This document shows positions 38,101 through 53,100 of a stretch of DNA of 64,000 nt, piece by piece. Both the position numbers and the translations under genes were made by a program. Source of the stretch: Mustelus asterias (lineage: Eukaryota); contig NC_135803.1 in assembly GCF_964213995.1 (NCBI RefSeq), forward strand, positions 141,050,001-141,114,000, read 5' to 3'. Positions within the stretch are counted from its first letter, which is position 1. Each line of letters starts with the position of its first letter. The notes under the pieces are model-generated. The model did no database searches and was not told where the DNA came from. It saw nothing but the letters and a program-made list of their open reading frames with translations.

Positions 38101-41100
38101 CCAAATCATCTATGTAAGTCGTAAACAATTGTGGTCCCAACACTGATCCCTGAGGCACACCACTAGTCACTGATCACCAACCAGAAAAACACCCATTTAC
38201 CCCCATTCTTTGCTTTGTTAGTTAACCAATCCTCTTTCCATGCTAATACATTACCCGTAACACCGTGCACCTTTATTTTATGTAGCAGTCTTTGATGCGG
38301 CACCTTGTCAAATGCCTTCTGGAAATCCAGATACACCACATCCACAGGTTCCCCATTGTCCACTGCACATGTAATGTCCTCAAAGAATTCCAGTAATTTG
38401 TCAAGCATGATTTCCCCTTTGTAAATCCATGCTGACTTTGTCTGATTTTACCACTGCTTTTACTCCAACTGCTGAAGTTGATGCAGTGAAGGTGCTCCCA
38501 TAGTGCTGTCAGGTAAGGAGTTCCTGTGTATTGACTTAGCAATGATGATGGAACGGTGTGAAATGTTAAAGTCAATTTGGCATATGATTTGGAAGGAATC
38601 ATGATGCTTCCTTGCTGCTGTTGCCCTTACCCATCTAGGTTGGAGGTAGGAAGCATGTGAAGTACTTCTTTCATAGCACACCATATTCTATAATAATAAT
38701 GCAAACTCATCCGCACATCAATATGACCTGTCATGGATTGGTGAGTCATGTGTTGGACCCCCATTCTGTTCAGTTCTATTATATCTCTGAAAGTCACTTG
38801 ATTCTGGGTGGCCACCAAGCCCTTGTCAGGTGCCTGGTTCGGGGTTAAAGGAATTCAAATTAGGTTCTTCTCTTGGTTTGTTCTTCCTTTCCTCTTACTG
38901 GTTGGCCCATGGTAGCATTGGCAATAGGCTGGGAGTTGTCTATTAGGGCTGTTCTTGGAATCCAGAGGGTGTATGATATGGGAGGGAGCAGTAAGTGATG
39001 TAGCAGAGAGAAAATTAGACATTGCAACATACCCTCAAAAATGAAGAAAGGAAAGGCAAATGTGGAGAAAGCAGATGTGTCATCCTCTGAATGGCAAAGG
39101 TTAGCAGTTTCTGCAGACAATATACTGGTGCAGAGAATAATTACAGACTAACTAAAAATGTTCACTTGAAAACAAATACCACAAATCTTCACCAAGGTAC
39201 AACTCAGTACTTGGAACTCTGACCTTTATATATTTCCTGGTGGGATCCATGTCCTGCAAGAGGACCCCTGCTTCACGCTCTGAATCGTGCTTCAATGTCA
39301 CAGTAGAGGAATTAATGGGTCTAGGTTCTAAAGAGGTTTTCTTACGTGTTTTCATAGCTTTCCTACAATATATATATAAAAAGTATTACAAATAATGTCA
39401 ATAACTATGCACCAGAAACATTCACAACATCACATGATAGTAATGGATGAGGACGGCCATTCATCCTGTATAAGTTCATCCACCCAGTCAGAATCTCCCC
39501 AATTGTTTCTTAAATGCTTCCAAGGTTTTCACCTCCACTACACTAACTGAAATTTTACTGTTGATCATGAAACCATATATTGTTTATACGTTGATCACAT
39601 TTCTTGACATCAGTCTTAAATTTACCGTTACCAGTTTGAATCTGTGTTGTCTTCCTGTCCAAGTCACAATTTAATTGAAGTAATATTCCAGACACATCTT
39701 TTCCATTCCCTGAAGCTATTTTATCTACTTTTGTGAAATCACATCACAATTTCTTTGGATGCTGATAACTCAAGTTTTTCTCATTTTACCTCATAACTCA
39801 GATCTTTGACACTGGGGTTCAGTTTCATAGGATGCCTCCAGCAGTTGAATTCCTCTCATATATTTTAGCAACCAGAGCGGGACACAGTATTGAAGGTACA
39901 GTCTAAACAGAGCATTATTTGAGCATAACTTTCTTGGACTGATATTCAACTTAATTCAACATTCCATTGGCTTTGCTCACTGCTGTTCTGCATTGTTTAA
40001 ACATGTTTTACATTGAGTCTACTAAGACTCATTGCAGTTTGCTTCTGCTTAGAAGTAAAGATTGCTATGGTTATCTTTTTTCCCAAACATCCTCCTCCAA
40101 TGTAGAGAAATTTGTGCAGTAAATTTGATGAAAGATTTAATTCTACAATTTTTGTTTTAAAAGAGTTATCAAATATACCTACGCTTTTGTGGCTTCCAAG
40201 AACAAGGCAATGTGACTCTTGATGTATGACTTCCTGAGAACCGCTTTGACATTTGGTCGTTCCTCAGGTCTCCTGCTCAACATGCTATGTATCAGCACTC
40301 CCAGCTGTTCACTGTATTCCTTTGGTATAGGTGGCAGCTACACAATAGATACAGATATTGTTCAAGTGAATAATATTGTGCTGAAGTCTCCACATCACGT
40401 CTATTCTAAATATATTAATGGACCAGACTTTTCTCTAGTAATGGAGGTTACGTACGGTACGGGGTCAGGAAGGACAAAAACTTCTTGGCAGCAATTTCAA
40501 ATTTGCATAACCTTTCTGAACCCACGCTACTTTTTTGTGACCTTCTTGTGGATTGGGAAGGCCTTGGATTGTATCCTGAACACACTTATTCTGTAGTTGC
40601 CAACTCTAAAGCAAAAGTAAATTTTGTCCCTCCCCAGTATTTCTGTGCACTGGCATGGGTTTTTCTTAGAATCTTAGAAACCCTACAGCACAGAAAGAGG
40701 CCATTCGGCCCATCGAGTCTGCACCGACCACAATCCCACCCAGACCCAACCCCCATATCCCTACATAGTTACCAACTAATCCCTCTAGCCTACGCATCCC
40801 AGGACACTAAGGGAAATTTTAGCATGGCCAATCAACCTAACCTGCACATCTTTGGACTGTGGGAGGAAACCGGAGCACCCGAAGGAAACCCACGCAGACA
40901 CGAGGAGAATGTGCAAACTCCATACAGACAGTGACCCAAGCCGGTTTTGTAAGCCCTAAAAATGCCCATCCCGCTGAGGAGTGTGTGAACACTGGGGAAA
41001 GGCTTCTGACAAATCAAACATTCTGTCAAATAGTGTTAAATGTTTTGACAAATTCAAATGTCACGGTTAGATGCTGTATTGTAATGCAGACATGTTTTAA

Positions 41101-44100
41101 CTGCAGCAATTCATCATAGTGATCCATACTGCAAAGATGAGTTGACCATTGCATTGACCAGCACTTCATAACATTTAACTTGTTTCTCAGAATTTATCCA
41201 TTATAGTCATTTTTCTCAGTGACCAACATATAAGCAGGTTCTTTCTTTAATATATTTCTTATTCATTTCCAGGACCTGGGAGCTTCTGGCAAAAAGGATA
41301 TTTATTGCCATTTCAATTTGCCTTGAAAACCGCTGAATACTGACAAACTGAGTAAAATGCTTAATGATAATTGAAAATACAAAAGTGTCATGGAATGTAC
41401 ATTACCTTTCCTTCAATAATCTTGAAAACCAAGGAGTTCATATCCTTGGCATTAAATGCATGTTTCAACGTTGCCATTTCGAAGACACAACAACCAAGGG
41501 CCCAAACGTCAGACTATACAGAAAAATGAAGAAAGGCTTATAAGATAGACAATATTTTTACTACAGTTCACATTATGTTTGCAGCTTCACTAAAATATGC
41601 TGTAATGTTATGCATAATTCTTTAAAGCTTCTCTTGATAGCACAATGTGCAAAATCAACCCAGTCCCGAGGAGGTGGGGTTTTCATTTAAAGTAAAGTTA
41701 AAGTAAAGTTTATTTATTAGTCACAAGTAGGCTTACATTAACACTGCAATGAAGTTGCTGTGAAAATCCCCTAGTCGCCACACTCCGGCGCCTGTTCGGG
41801 TACACTGAGGGAGAATTTAGCATGGCCAATGCACCTAACCAGCGCATCGTTTGGACTGTGGGAGGAAACCGGATTACCCGGAGGAAACCCACGCAGACAC
41901 GGGGAGAATGTGCAACTCCGCACAGGCAGTGCCTGAGCCAGGAATCGAACCTGTGTCCCTGGCGCTGTGAAGCAGCAGTGCTAACCACTGTGCTGCCCTG
42001 AAGGATATTTATTTACATACTGGAATAAAGCTAGATGCTGCAGATTAATTTCTTTTTCAGTTTTAATGCTCACTGGCTGGGTTTCTAGGACTTTAGGAAA
42101 CCTGGCGCTAAAGGGAAGTGAAGACTGTTAGACATAACATTTATACGTTTTTTTCAGCATTGCTTGTGGGCCAGGAACAGCAGAAGTGTTTCCTTTTCTT
42201 CCAAAGCAAACCGGTTTTGACTTCATGTGTTCAAACCTACAGCTAATGGAACTCCCAACACCAGCGCTTCAACCTCAAATGCCCTCCCATCCCTCCAAAG
42301 TTCCTCATCTCTGCCCCGATCTCTCTCCAGCAACTCAAGATTACCCCTTACCCACCAAACCATGTACCTCAACATGACCCCCCTCCCCTCACCATGCCAC
42401 TGTTCAGGTTCATATATATAAATGGCTGCACAGGCAGGATATTACAGAACAGCTTCTACCCAGGATAAAGACAATATTAAAGAGAAAAAAAAATACACCA
42501 TATGCAATAAAGAAATGTAGAAACAGGAAAAATGTATATTTAACCTATAATATAAAATTGACCTAACCAAAAGCATAATCAAGTTATACAGGAGCACTCT
42601 ACCTTATGGTTGTATGGTTTATTACAAAAGAGTTCCGGACTCATGTAATAAGGTGTTCCAATCAGAGTACTAGCCATATCATGCTGGTTCTCCAACACTC
42701 TGGCTATGCCCAGGTCTCCAACTTTAATGATATTTGTTTTTGTGAGAAAAATGTTCTGAGTTTTAAGATCTCTGTGCAGGATGTGTTTTTCATGTAAATA
42801 CTGTGAAAGAAACAAAGATCTCAACAAATGTACAGTCACCTTATAATAAAATGTTTTCTATTCCAAATGTGACGCTCAAGCCACAACATCTGTACAATTA
42901 CTCTATACATCTTACCCGAGTGCAACGTGCTTTACAAAATCCCAGTTGTGCATTAATTACAAATAAGACTGACAGAGAATTTCGACACAAAAATTGTAAC
43001 AAAGAACAAAGAACAATACAGCACAGGAACAGGCCCTTCGGCCCTCCAAGCCCGCGCCGCTCCCCGGTCCAGGATTGAATCCTGAATCCAGGATCCCTGC
43101 CCAATTTTCCAGCCTATCTACATACCAATATCCTATCCATCGAGCTGTCCCTCACAGCTACGATGCTTTGTTCATTACAACCTATTAACTCACCCCCACC
43201 CCCCCATTCCAGACCATGTGATCTCCAGGGAGAGGCGAAAACCCAGAGTGAAAAACCCCAGGGCCAATATGGGGAAAAAAAAAATCTGGGAAATTCCTCT
43301 CCGACCCCCTGAGGCGATCGAAACGAGTCCAGGAGATCACAATGGCCCTGATCGGAAAATGCTTCCCAACCCTAGTCATTTCCACTTCCACGAACACCAT
43401 ATGAATTCCCTGCCCCCGAGACAGGTTCCCAACTATCCGCAGTAGGTTCCCAACTATCCGCAGTCTCAATTGAAAAAATATTCTGCACAATCCTAAACTG
43501 GTGGATGAACAGCCATATCTAACTTAACACTGATAGTTTGGGTTTCAATTTTAATTATAGAAAGACATTTGAACAGTCAACTCACACGCACACATTGACA
43601 TCCTTACTCACAAACTCAATAAATGTTGCCTTAAAGAAGTTACGTAATCTTCTAATCTTGGGATGAATTTTTGGTGGAAAAAGTTCTAAGGGATGGCTGC
43701 TGAAATAATCATTTGTTTAACATGGGTTATGCTTTGGCCAACACCGACATATTATCATAGAAATCATAGAAACCCTAGTGCAGAAGGAGGCCATTCGGCC
43801 CATCGAGTCTGCACTGACAACAATCCCACCCAGGCCCTATCCCCATCACCCCACATATTTTTTTAAAATTGTTTTATTTTTTAAAAATCCCTCTAACCTA
43901 TGCATCCCAGGACACTAAGGGGCAATTTAGCATGGCCAATCACCTAACTCGCACATCTTTGGCCTGTGGGATGAAACCGGAGCACCCGGAGGAAACCTAC
44001 ACAGACATGGGGAGAATGTGTAAACTCCACACAGACAGTGACCCAAGCTAGGAATCGAACCCAGATCCCTGGAGTTGTGAGGCAGCAGTGCTAACCACTG

Positions 44101-47100
44101 TGCCACCTTGGCGCACCTAAAATGGATAACTCATGTTGAAGTTACAAGATTGCTCCAAGTGGAGAGGATCTCCAAGAAGATCGCGCATATCGACACAGAC
44201 ATCAAGTTTCTCCTCTCTCCACTCACATTGTCTGTACCTTTAATACTTGATTACCTGTAAAGACTCGCATTCCAACCATTATTTTGTAAATTGAGTTTGT
44301 GTCTTTATATGCCCTGTTTGTGAACAGAACTCCCACTTACGTGATGAAGGGGCAGCGCTCCGAAAGCTAGTGGCTTGTGCTACCAAATAAACCTGTTGGA
44401 CTTTAACCTGGTGTTGTGAGACTTCTTACTGAAGTTACAATGAACATGGAAACTGCAGTGCAACATTATATTTTTGCCCTTTTTAGCTTATTTCTTTGAT
44501 CCTCCATAGCATTGTACCTGTAAAGCCATGGCAATCTGGACAAACCACTCCACGATCTGACTTTCTGGAAGCAACTTGCCCTTCTGTTCCTTCAGCTTGT
44601 GATACAAATCACCACCTTCACAGTAACCCATCACAATGTATAAAAGTCCATTGTCTCCTTCCCATGACTCTCTGTAGGTAACAATGTTGGGATGTCGTAG
44701 CTGTGATAAAAGCTGGGCTTCTTGTTCTGCTGCTTTGCGCTCACGACTGGAAACATTTCTTAAGTTCAGCTTCTTCACAACATACTGAAAATTCAATGAA
44801 ATTCAATCATAAACACAGAAATTAATTAATTAGAAAAACGATATGTTCTTAAAATGCATTACGTATTTATTTGAAATAAATGTTATTCTGTGAGGTTCCT
44901 AAGTGAAGATGAAAGGTGTATAAGGAGCACACATAGGACATAAGAGCAGGAATAGACAATCTGGCCCATTGAGTCTGCTCTGCCATTCAAACAGGTCGTG
45001 GTGGATCTAACTCTATGCCATTTCCACCCACCATCCCCACATCCCTTGATGTCATTAGTACCCAGACATCTATCGCTTTCTGCCTTGAATGTGTCATGAT
45101 TGAGCTTTCACAGAGCTCTGGGATAGGGAATTCCAAAGATTCACCCCCCTCTGAGTGAAATAATTCCTTCTCATCTGAGTTTTAAATGGCCTCCCTCTTA
45201 TTCTGTGCTCTCTGGTTTTGGACTCACCAGCCAAGGGCTGGGATGGGGGGGATCGGGCCTGTACGAATTTTTAAAGTATCAATGAGATTATCTTTCATTG
45301 TTCAAAACTCTAGAAAATACAAAGCTCAATTTCCTCAATACCACCATTCTAAGAATTATCCTGGTGAACCTCTATTGCACTCCCTCCATGGCAAATATAT
45401 CCTTTCTTAGATTAGGAGACCAAAACTGTAATATTCCAGGTGCTGTCACACTGAGGTTTAATCTAATCTGTATAATTGCAACATGACTTCTTTACTCCTG
45501 TACTCAAATCCCCTTGCGATGAAGGCCAACATACCATTTGCCTTCTTAATAGCTTGCTGCACCTACATACTAGCTTTTAGAGACAAGGACACCCATGTCC
45601 CTTTGCACATCCACACTTCCCAACCTCTCACCATTTAAGAAATACACTTTCTGTTTTTTTCACCAAAGTGAATAACTTCACATTTATTCACATTATATTC
45701 CACCTGCCACGTCCTTGCTCTTTCACTTAACTTGTCCAAAAAAGCTCGTTGCATCCTCCTCACAATTTACATTCCCATCTAGTTTTGTGTCATCAGCAAA
45801 TCTCTCCTGTGCTTTTAAACAACCAGAGATGCAAATCATTGGAGAGATAACTGAACCACCATGCTCACAGGTACTTATGGATCTCTGACAGAATTGAGGA
45901 CAAGGCTTTGCACTCACTCTGGCCTTGGGCCACACAGTCTCTGGAAGGCCTGAGAACTAAACCTACCTAGGCTGGAACCAGTGGTGGCTTTTTCCAATAG
46001 GAAGAGGAATTGGTTCTTGATTTGTACAGGGAGCGAGAGATTAAACAGGAGGCCAAGAATAGAATGGAAAGCAAAAATAAGTCACATTTCTACCCTCTTT
46101 GCTGGAGCTTAGTGGCTCTCAAAGCGGACGTGAAGGTTGATGCCATCGAGGCAGCAGGAGGTAGTAAGACATGAACAATCGGTACTACTGGAAGAAAGCA
46201 GACCCCACACCAAAAACCACATAGGTCGCACAGTCAGAATGACCACAGCAGTAACAAGGTCTGGATCTTGATCCCCTCAGAACAATCAGATTGCTAATCA
46301 GAGCTTCCAACTGAGTTTTTCCAGGTTGGATAGATGTATAAGTGAGGAGGGCTACCAAGTAAAATCCAAAACAGTTGAAAAGACTTCCTGGATATATAAC
46401 ATTTGATGTTTTCAGAATGTTCAACTGCTGATTCTTCAGAGTGTACTTCCACAGAGCGAAAGTGTTTGAATGGAGAAACTTGCTCTGCTCGAGTTGTTCA
46501 TGCTGTCAGCCTAGTCAGCTCATCCAGCCCTGAAGCCCATTGTCTTATTGTAATTATTTTCTATTCACTGGATTGTCCTGCTTGAGTTTCATGGGCTACA
46601 GGTTTGAAAAAGGCTCCCCGTAGCATGTTTATACTAAATTTGAACACCAAGATTGACGGGAATTAACCAACTTGAGAGAATGGAATTTAAATTTCATATG
46701 AAATCCGTGATATGGACCAATGTGATTTTAAACACCACTTTGCTGTTTTGTTGATTCCCTCTGAATGATTTAAAATACAATCCATTTTATATAGAACTTT
46801 GTTACATGTATTGCACATACATAACCAGCAGCACACTTCCTCACTTTCTAACCATGTGGTGGGATCTGAACAAACTTCCTTCAGCGACACTGATAAACAG
46901 CCTCCCAGTAAATAAGTAGACGCTGGTGACAACTGTTAGGTTTATTTTGCCTGCCTTAGTCTCTATGGTGAACATGAGATGATGAAATGAATAGAGGTTA
47001 AACAGGTTTAAAATGCTGCCATTTCATGTTACTGATATTGTCAATTAATTCAATCACTATTCATAGCAGCATGGCAGGCTAGTAACTGGAGCTGGCTTTC

Positions 47101-50100
47101 AATGGGCAGTGCAGGATTAATTCTATCAACTCCAGCCAGTTTGTAAAATAGACTGCCCTCAGATAATAATGCTTGGATTGAGCCTGGATTTCTCTCTCTC
47201 TATCTGTTGAATGATCACTACAAAACAGTGGTAGGAAGTTATTGAGGAACCAACATAACATTCTCCCTGCTGCTTATGAAATGGGAAAAAAAAATCCTGC
47301 TCTGTTACTACCCACATTTCTCAAAAACTCTGTTCGAGGTTCATGTGGCGTAAACGCAGGAGCGGCTGTGTTTTCGCAAGTTATGGAGTTGCTCATATTT
47401 TAATCCTTTTTATCGTTATGCATGGCCCATAACTGTAAGAATTGTTCATTTGTGTGAGGTGTTTGAATATGGCTGGGGTGGGGCCCAGTTCGCAGTGGTG
47501 GTTTCGCTTGTGAGCGGAACTATGCCTTGGCGGTGCCATGATGCTGGCTGCCTCGATGAGTAAAGTTGTGGACGACAATCTTAGCTCCCAGGCGAAGACT
47601 GTTGGTGTTCACTTTGATGAAGTGCGAAACATCCTTAAAAGAATGGTTGAAGTGGAGGAAAAAATCCTGTCAATCGAGAGTGCATTTTCGTCAGCAAGGC
47701 GTCAACTTCAGTTCACTGAAGTCCTGCTGGGTGGTCTGTCAAACATTCTGTTTGATTTGGGGAGAAGGGGCCGGAGTAGGACTGTCCGGGCTTCTGGTCT
47801 CCCATGGAGAGCTGAAGATGAATTCCCAGCTGCCACTTTTGATTTGAGAGCTGGGCATCTCGGGTTTGACGTAGCTCATTTTATCCAGTGTTCACGACCT
47901 GGGGTTGATCGAGAATTCTGACTACTGGTCTTACGTTGTCTTATCCTCAGTGTTCATTATGAAGAGCTGAGGGAAGCCGGACACGACAGGTCTTCACTGC
48001 CTGCCAGGGCCTAGGTCTCTCCTTGCCAGGGTCTGGGGTTGACGGCATGATGGAGGTGTAAAGGCTTCGGTGAAACTCTGGATAGATCTTGGATGTAGCT
48101 CGATAAGGCTGTGGCCTTTTCAAGCTTCATGGATGGCATATTATCCTACAGTTCCTCATTAATCCTGAACTTTATTCCCTTGTGATTAGAATAAATAGTC
48201 GTCCCCCAGCATATTCTGGCAGTGAAATGGTGAAGGCCACAGTTTGTGGTTCTCCTCCTTTCTACAGGGGAGCTGATTGGTTTTATGAAATGAGGGTCGT
48301 GCAGTATTTATTTATTTGATTTCCTTGTAGTTACGATGAAGGGGTATGTATTTTCTTTTCTTGGTATCCTTCACATTACTGATAGATAAGATGAGTAGCA
48401 GGGCGGTGGGGTGATGGATTGGCATAAAGATGGTCAGTATGGTCTAAGTCCTCACTGTGGGTGAGGAAAACCCCTGGTGGAGCTATCACTGTTGCGTTTT
48501 TCTTTTATATTTTAGTTATTGTGAGGTTGAAGAATCCTTATTTGTCTCAATGAAGGTAGCATGGCCAATCAAACTAACCTGCACATCTTTGGACTGTGGG
48601 AGGAAACTGGAGTGCCCGGAGGAAACCCATGGAGACGCAGGAAAAACATGCAAACTCCACACAGTCAGTCACCCAAGGCCAGAATTGAACCTGGGTCCCT
48701 GGCGCTGTGAGGCAGCAGTGCTAACCACTGTGCCACCGTACCACCCCGTGTTAAGCCTTGTCTGGTGGTTACTGGCTAATCTGATGTTCTTCCCTCCTTG
48801 GGGTATCCTTTTTAATCGGGGTAGGTGAGGTGCTAATATAAGCTCTGACTTGTTATATATAATTTTATGGGGTATTCCTTATCCTGCTGGAAGGAGGAAA
48901 TATGGTTGAAGGGGAGTGAGATCTGTTGTGTTGAGAGTTCTGACATGGGGTAAGAATCCTTGAGTTGGTAGTTCTCATTGCCCTGTTGCGTCAATGTCCT
49001 TGGATTTTTTTCAGGCTGTTAGTAGGGGTGGCAGCTGTTTTGAAATTCGCATTGGGGAAATATGGAGATTATTTTGTGTGTATCGGGAGGGGATTAGTCT
49101 GAATCCACCAAGATGTCCCCCTTTTGTGTGGGGCATCTGGAGTTCTTGGGATGCTGCGATAGGTCCCGATAGGGGATCCCATATGTTGTGTAACTCTGTC
49201 TTTGTTATCATGTGGAAGAGGGCATGCACTAGGATGCCATGTGCTCATGGCTTTACCCTATTATTCAGAGACTCCTGTCCCACTCTTTTGATATCCTTTC
49301 ATTATCCGTTTGAAAGAAAGTGATGACTACATTGAGTACAATAATTGATGACTTGAGCCTTCTGTATGAGTATTTGCTGGTCTTTTCTGGATCCATATGT
49401 GAGATATTGATCATTCTGTATTGTACTATTTTCCGGGGGGTTGGGAAGGCAGGGGGGTGGTTTGTTGCATCTTGCACTAAAATTGAAAACCCTCAATAAA
49501 AATACTTTCAAGACTCTATCCATTGAAATAATTTGCAATTTCTTGAAATACACCTTATCCATTGGTTCAGCATGACATCCTGTAATTCTGAGGATGACAC
49601 TTCAATCAGGTGCAAGTGTACTGCACACCTTTGTATGATAGAGACAAGACTTTTATCATTCATACAGAGATTGACTATTATATCCCATTGACACAGACGC
49701 ACCCACTCTGTTAAGTGGAATTACATCGGCAGCAATGGGACACAAAGGGGAATGAGCACCTCAATAACAAATGTTCTGATACTGCAGGTAATGTGGGCAG
49801 CAACTGGAACCAACACTGATTTGCTAATTACATGTTTAAAAGTTCCCAGTTCCTGGCAGTGCACTGGAACTTTTAATTGTTATTTTCCTTCCTTCTTCTA
49901 AAAAGAACATTCAACACTTGTTGAATCTGCATGTACGTGCGTTTATATCCGCACCACAATGGAACCATATAGAAGTGCTGTTTGGTATCAAAAAAGGGAC
50001 TTGCTATCAAAGCTTTCTGTCTTGCACTCATCAGGACAGAATACCAAATTTCAAAGGGAACAACAATTTATACTGAAAGATGAAAAGCTTCAACAGTTTA

Positions 50101-53100
50101 TTTATTTTTTCAGCAATACAAACTTGCTGGAATTTGATTTGATCTGACAGTGTTGGCATTTTTTTTTAGACTGTGGCAATCTTTCCCCTAAAGCTTTGTT
50201 CTGGTCTATAATGGAAAATAATTGTTGGTTTAATAAAACAGCAATCTATACAAACATTCTCCTTCATTATGCAATAACCCAGCTTTGATTTACTTAGCCA
50301 AATGTTTGTGGTCAATGATGACTAAAGCTGATAAAAAGAAACTTGACAATTGAGCATTGTGCTCAGATGTACTGTATGAACAGTCATCATTTACAGTGCT
50401 TAAGGCACCAGCAAATTATGCTCCACTTTACCACAGATATTAAGGTATTAAAAAACAGTTGTTTGAAGTCGCTGCAAAACCAACTGTATAAAGGATAGTG
50501 ATTATCCAACAACAAACATCAAAGAAAACAATTAAAAATGAAATCTGAATTATTCTGATGTGGTTGAATACAAACTGATGTTCAGTGCTCAAAATATATT
50601 CACACTCAGTAGAAACCTCAGCAGTTGTGCACTCAAAGTTCCTGCTACCTTCCATTACTATAAACCCTGATTTGATACTACCCTGGAGGTCAACAGGTGA
50701 TTTGCTATATACAATGTCAGCCAAGACCACATAAGCACACTTAGAATCAGAATCCCTACAGTGCAGGAGGCCATTTGGCCCATCGAGACTGCACCGACCA
50801 CAATCCCACCTAGGCCCTATCTCTGTAACCCCTACATATTTACCTTGCTAATCTTGAAGAGACATTAAATACAGAAACATTAACTTTGCAGTCAATGTGC
50901 AAAGACACACTAATGATAAAAATACAATCTATTGTCTGCAAATTCAATGTGGGCATTTCTTCACTTTGGAAAACACTTTGAAAAATGGACCAGAATTTGC
51001 TGCAGCATAGCACCTAACAATGTCTGCCCCTGTCCCCGTCAACTCAAAATAACTTTTGCCTCCAAAGTCGTTGAAATTGTCAGCTTCATTGTGACTGAGG
51101 GAAACAGGGCATCAGGGAGCTGAGTGAATAACCAACCAATACGATTTAGAATCATAGAAATCATAGAAACATAGAAACCCTACAGTGCAGAAAGAGGCCA
51201 AGTCTGCACCGACCACAATCCCACCCAGGCCCTACCCCCATATCCCTACACATTTACCCGCTAATCCCTCTAACCTATGCATCTCAGGACACTAAGGGGC
51301 AATTTTAGCATGGCCAATCAACCTAACCCGCACATCTTTGGACTGTGGGAGGAAACCGGAGCACCCGGAGGAAACCCACGCAGACACGAGGAGAATATGC
51401 AAACTCCACACAGACAGTGACCCAAGCTGGGAATCGAACCCAGGTCCCTGGAGCTGTGAAGCAGTAGTGCTAACCACTGTGCTACTGTGCCATCCATAAT
51501 TACTCAGTGAAGAATTTAAAGCACTCTCACACCCATCCACCCAGCAACCCTCAAAAAAGCCAGAAAAAAATCCATCCAAAAGACAATTCTTTCCAACACC
51601 TGTATATTTTACCATTTAATTGTTCAAATGGCATGTTTACCTGAATATGGTAGCAGTCATTCATAAATGACAATATGCCAAGGGCTGCCTTAGTTATCAA
51701 CATAAGCAATCTTTTAAAGAAGTTTAGTTAAATGCTAACTCAAACTCCCCACCTTAAAATTTGTCACTGCTATGGAAAAATAAATTGCAAGCATTCCTTG
51801 AATATTTCAATCTAGCAGAGTTAAGTTTAATGTTTACTGGACTTTCTCTAGCTTTATTTCTGGGAGAATTGCCTTTTACAGATGCACCACAGTGCACAAA
51901 CTGAAAAAAAATAAGAGTTCCAATGCAACATTAAACAAACAAAGGGGGAATGCAACAGTTACCCAACAACTCTACCACTCAAAAAATAAAAAAGCGTGAC
52001 TTTTTGTACTAAATTAATTTTTCCTTTGGGGAAAAAATTGTTTGAGAAGAAAAAAGTTTCCCGTCACTCTTTTCAACTAAACGTGTGTAGTTGGATGGGT
52101 CACCAAGGATGGGGTATGTGTTTGCTGGTCATTTCTTGCACACTTCACAACTGGAAACCCTCCATGGGGGTCTCTTGCTGTTGAAAGAGGAATTGCTGTG
52201 CAATCTCATCCACTTGTGGCGCTATACTACTGTCTTCTTCCTCCACACCGAAGTAATGCTCAATAAGGTCAAAGGCCTTCTGATAAATTTCCTGATTCTC
52301 ATGGCTCTGCAAAAATTCAATTTTATCGAGACCATAAGCTTCTTCAATTAGGCTACAGTACGGATTAATCCCAGTTCCATATTGTTTAGCCTCCTGCTCT
52401 CCAGCCCATTTAGGGCAACTTGAACTATTTTTGAGTCCATAACGGTCAGTAGGTCACACAATGGCTTAATACAACCCAAGTTTACAAGATACTTAATCTG
52501 TTCAGGTGTTCCTCCAGAAGTTGCATTTGTGATGCCCCATGCTGCCTCTTTCCTTGTCCGAAATTCTGCTTTCTGAAGAAGGTCTATCAGCACTGGGAAG
52601 ATGTTTGCATCTATTACAGCCTGAATTTGTGCTCTATTTCCAGCTGTAATGTTTGAAATAGTCCAACAAGCTTCTTTCCTTATGGATTCTTTTGGACTAC
52701 TTAATAAATGTAGAAGACATGGCAAGGCTGAACAATTTAATATGACCTGTGTCTGGATATCATCACCTGTTACTATGTTACCCATAATGATTGGATTTAA
52801 TGATTGGGAAATCAAAATAGAAAATCCTGAGGAGGAAGGTAAATGAAGTCAATGTCAAATCAGGTACATATAAGAGAAATAAAGAGAGAAAGAAAGATTG
52901 GACCACTTAGAGATAAAATCAGTCTGGAATTGATGATCCATCTGCGAGAGGGGATCATATTGGGATTGGGGATCAGGTTGGGATTGGGGGTCAGACCGGG
53001 ACTGGGGGTCAGACCGGGATTGGACGTGAGACCGGGATTGGGGGTCAGTCTGGGATTGGGGATCAGGTTGGGATTGGGGATCAATCTGGGATTGGATGCG

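Noticed and set aside
43423-43464. 21-bp tandem duplication AGGTTCCCAACTATCCGCAGT
   Set aside because: Sits at a LINE truncation junction; ordinary RT slippage.
45820-46620. Possible decayed Harbinger transposase or retrocopy
   Set aside because: Similarity is too weak to support without a search.
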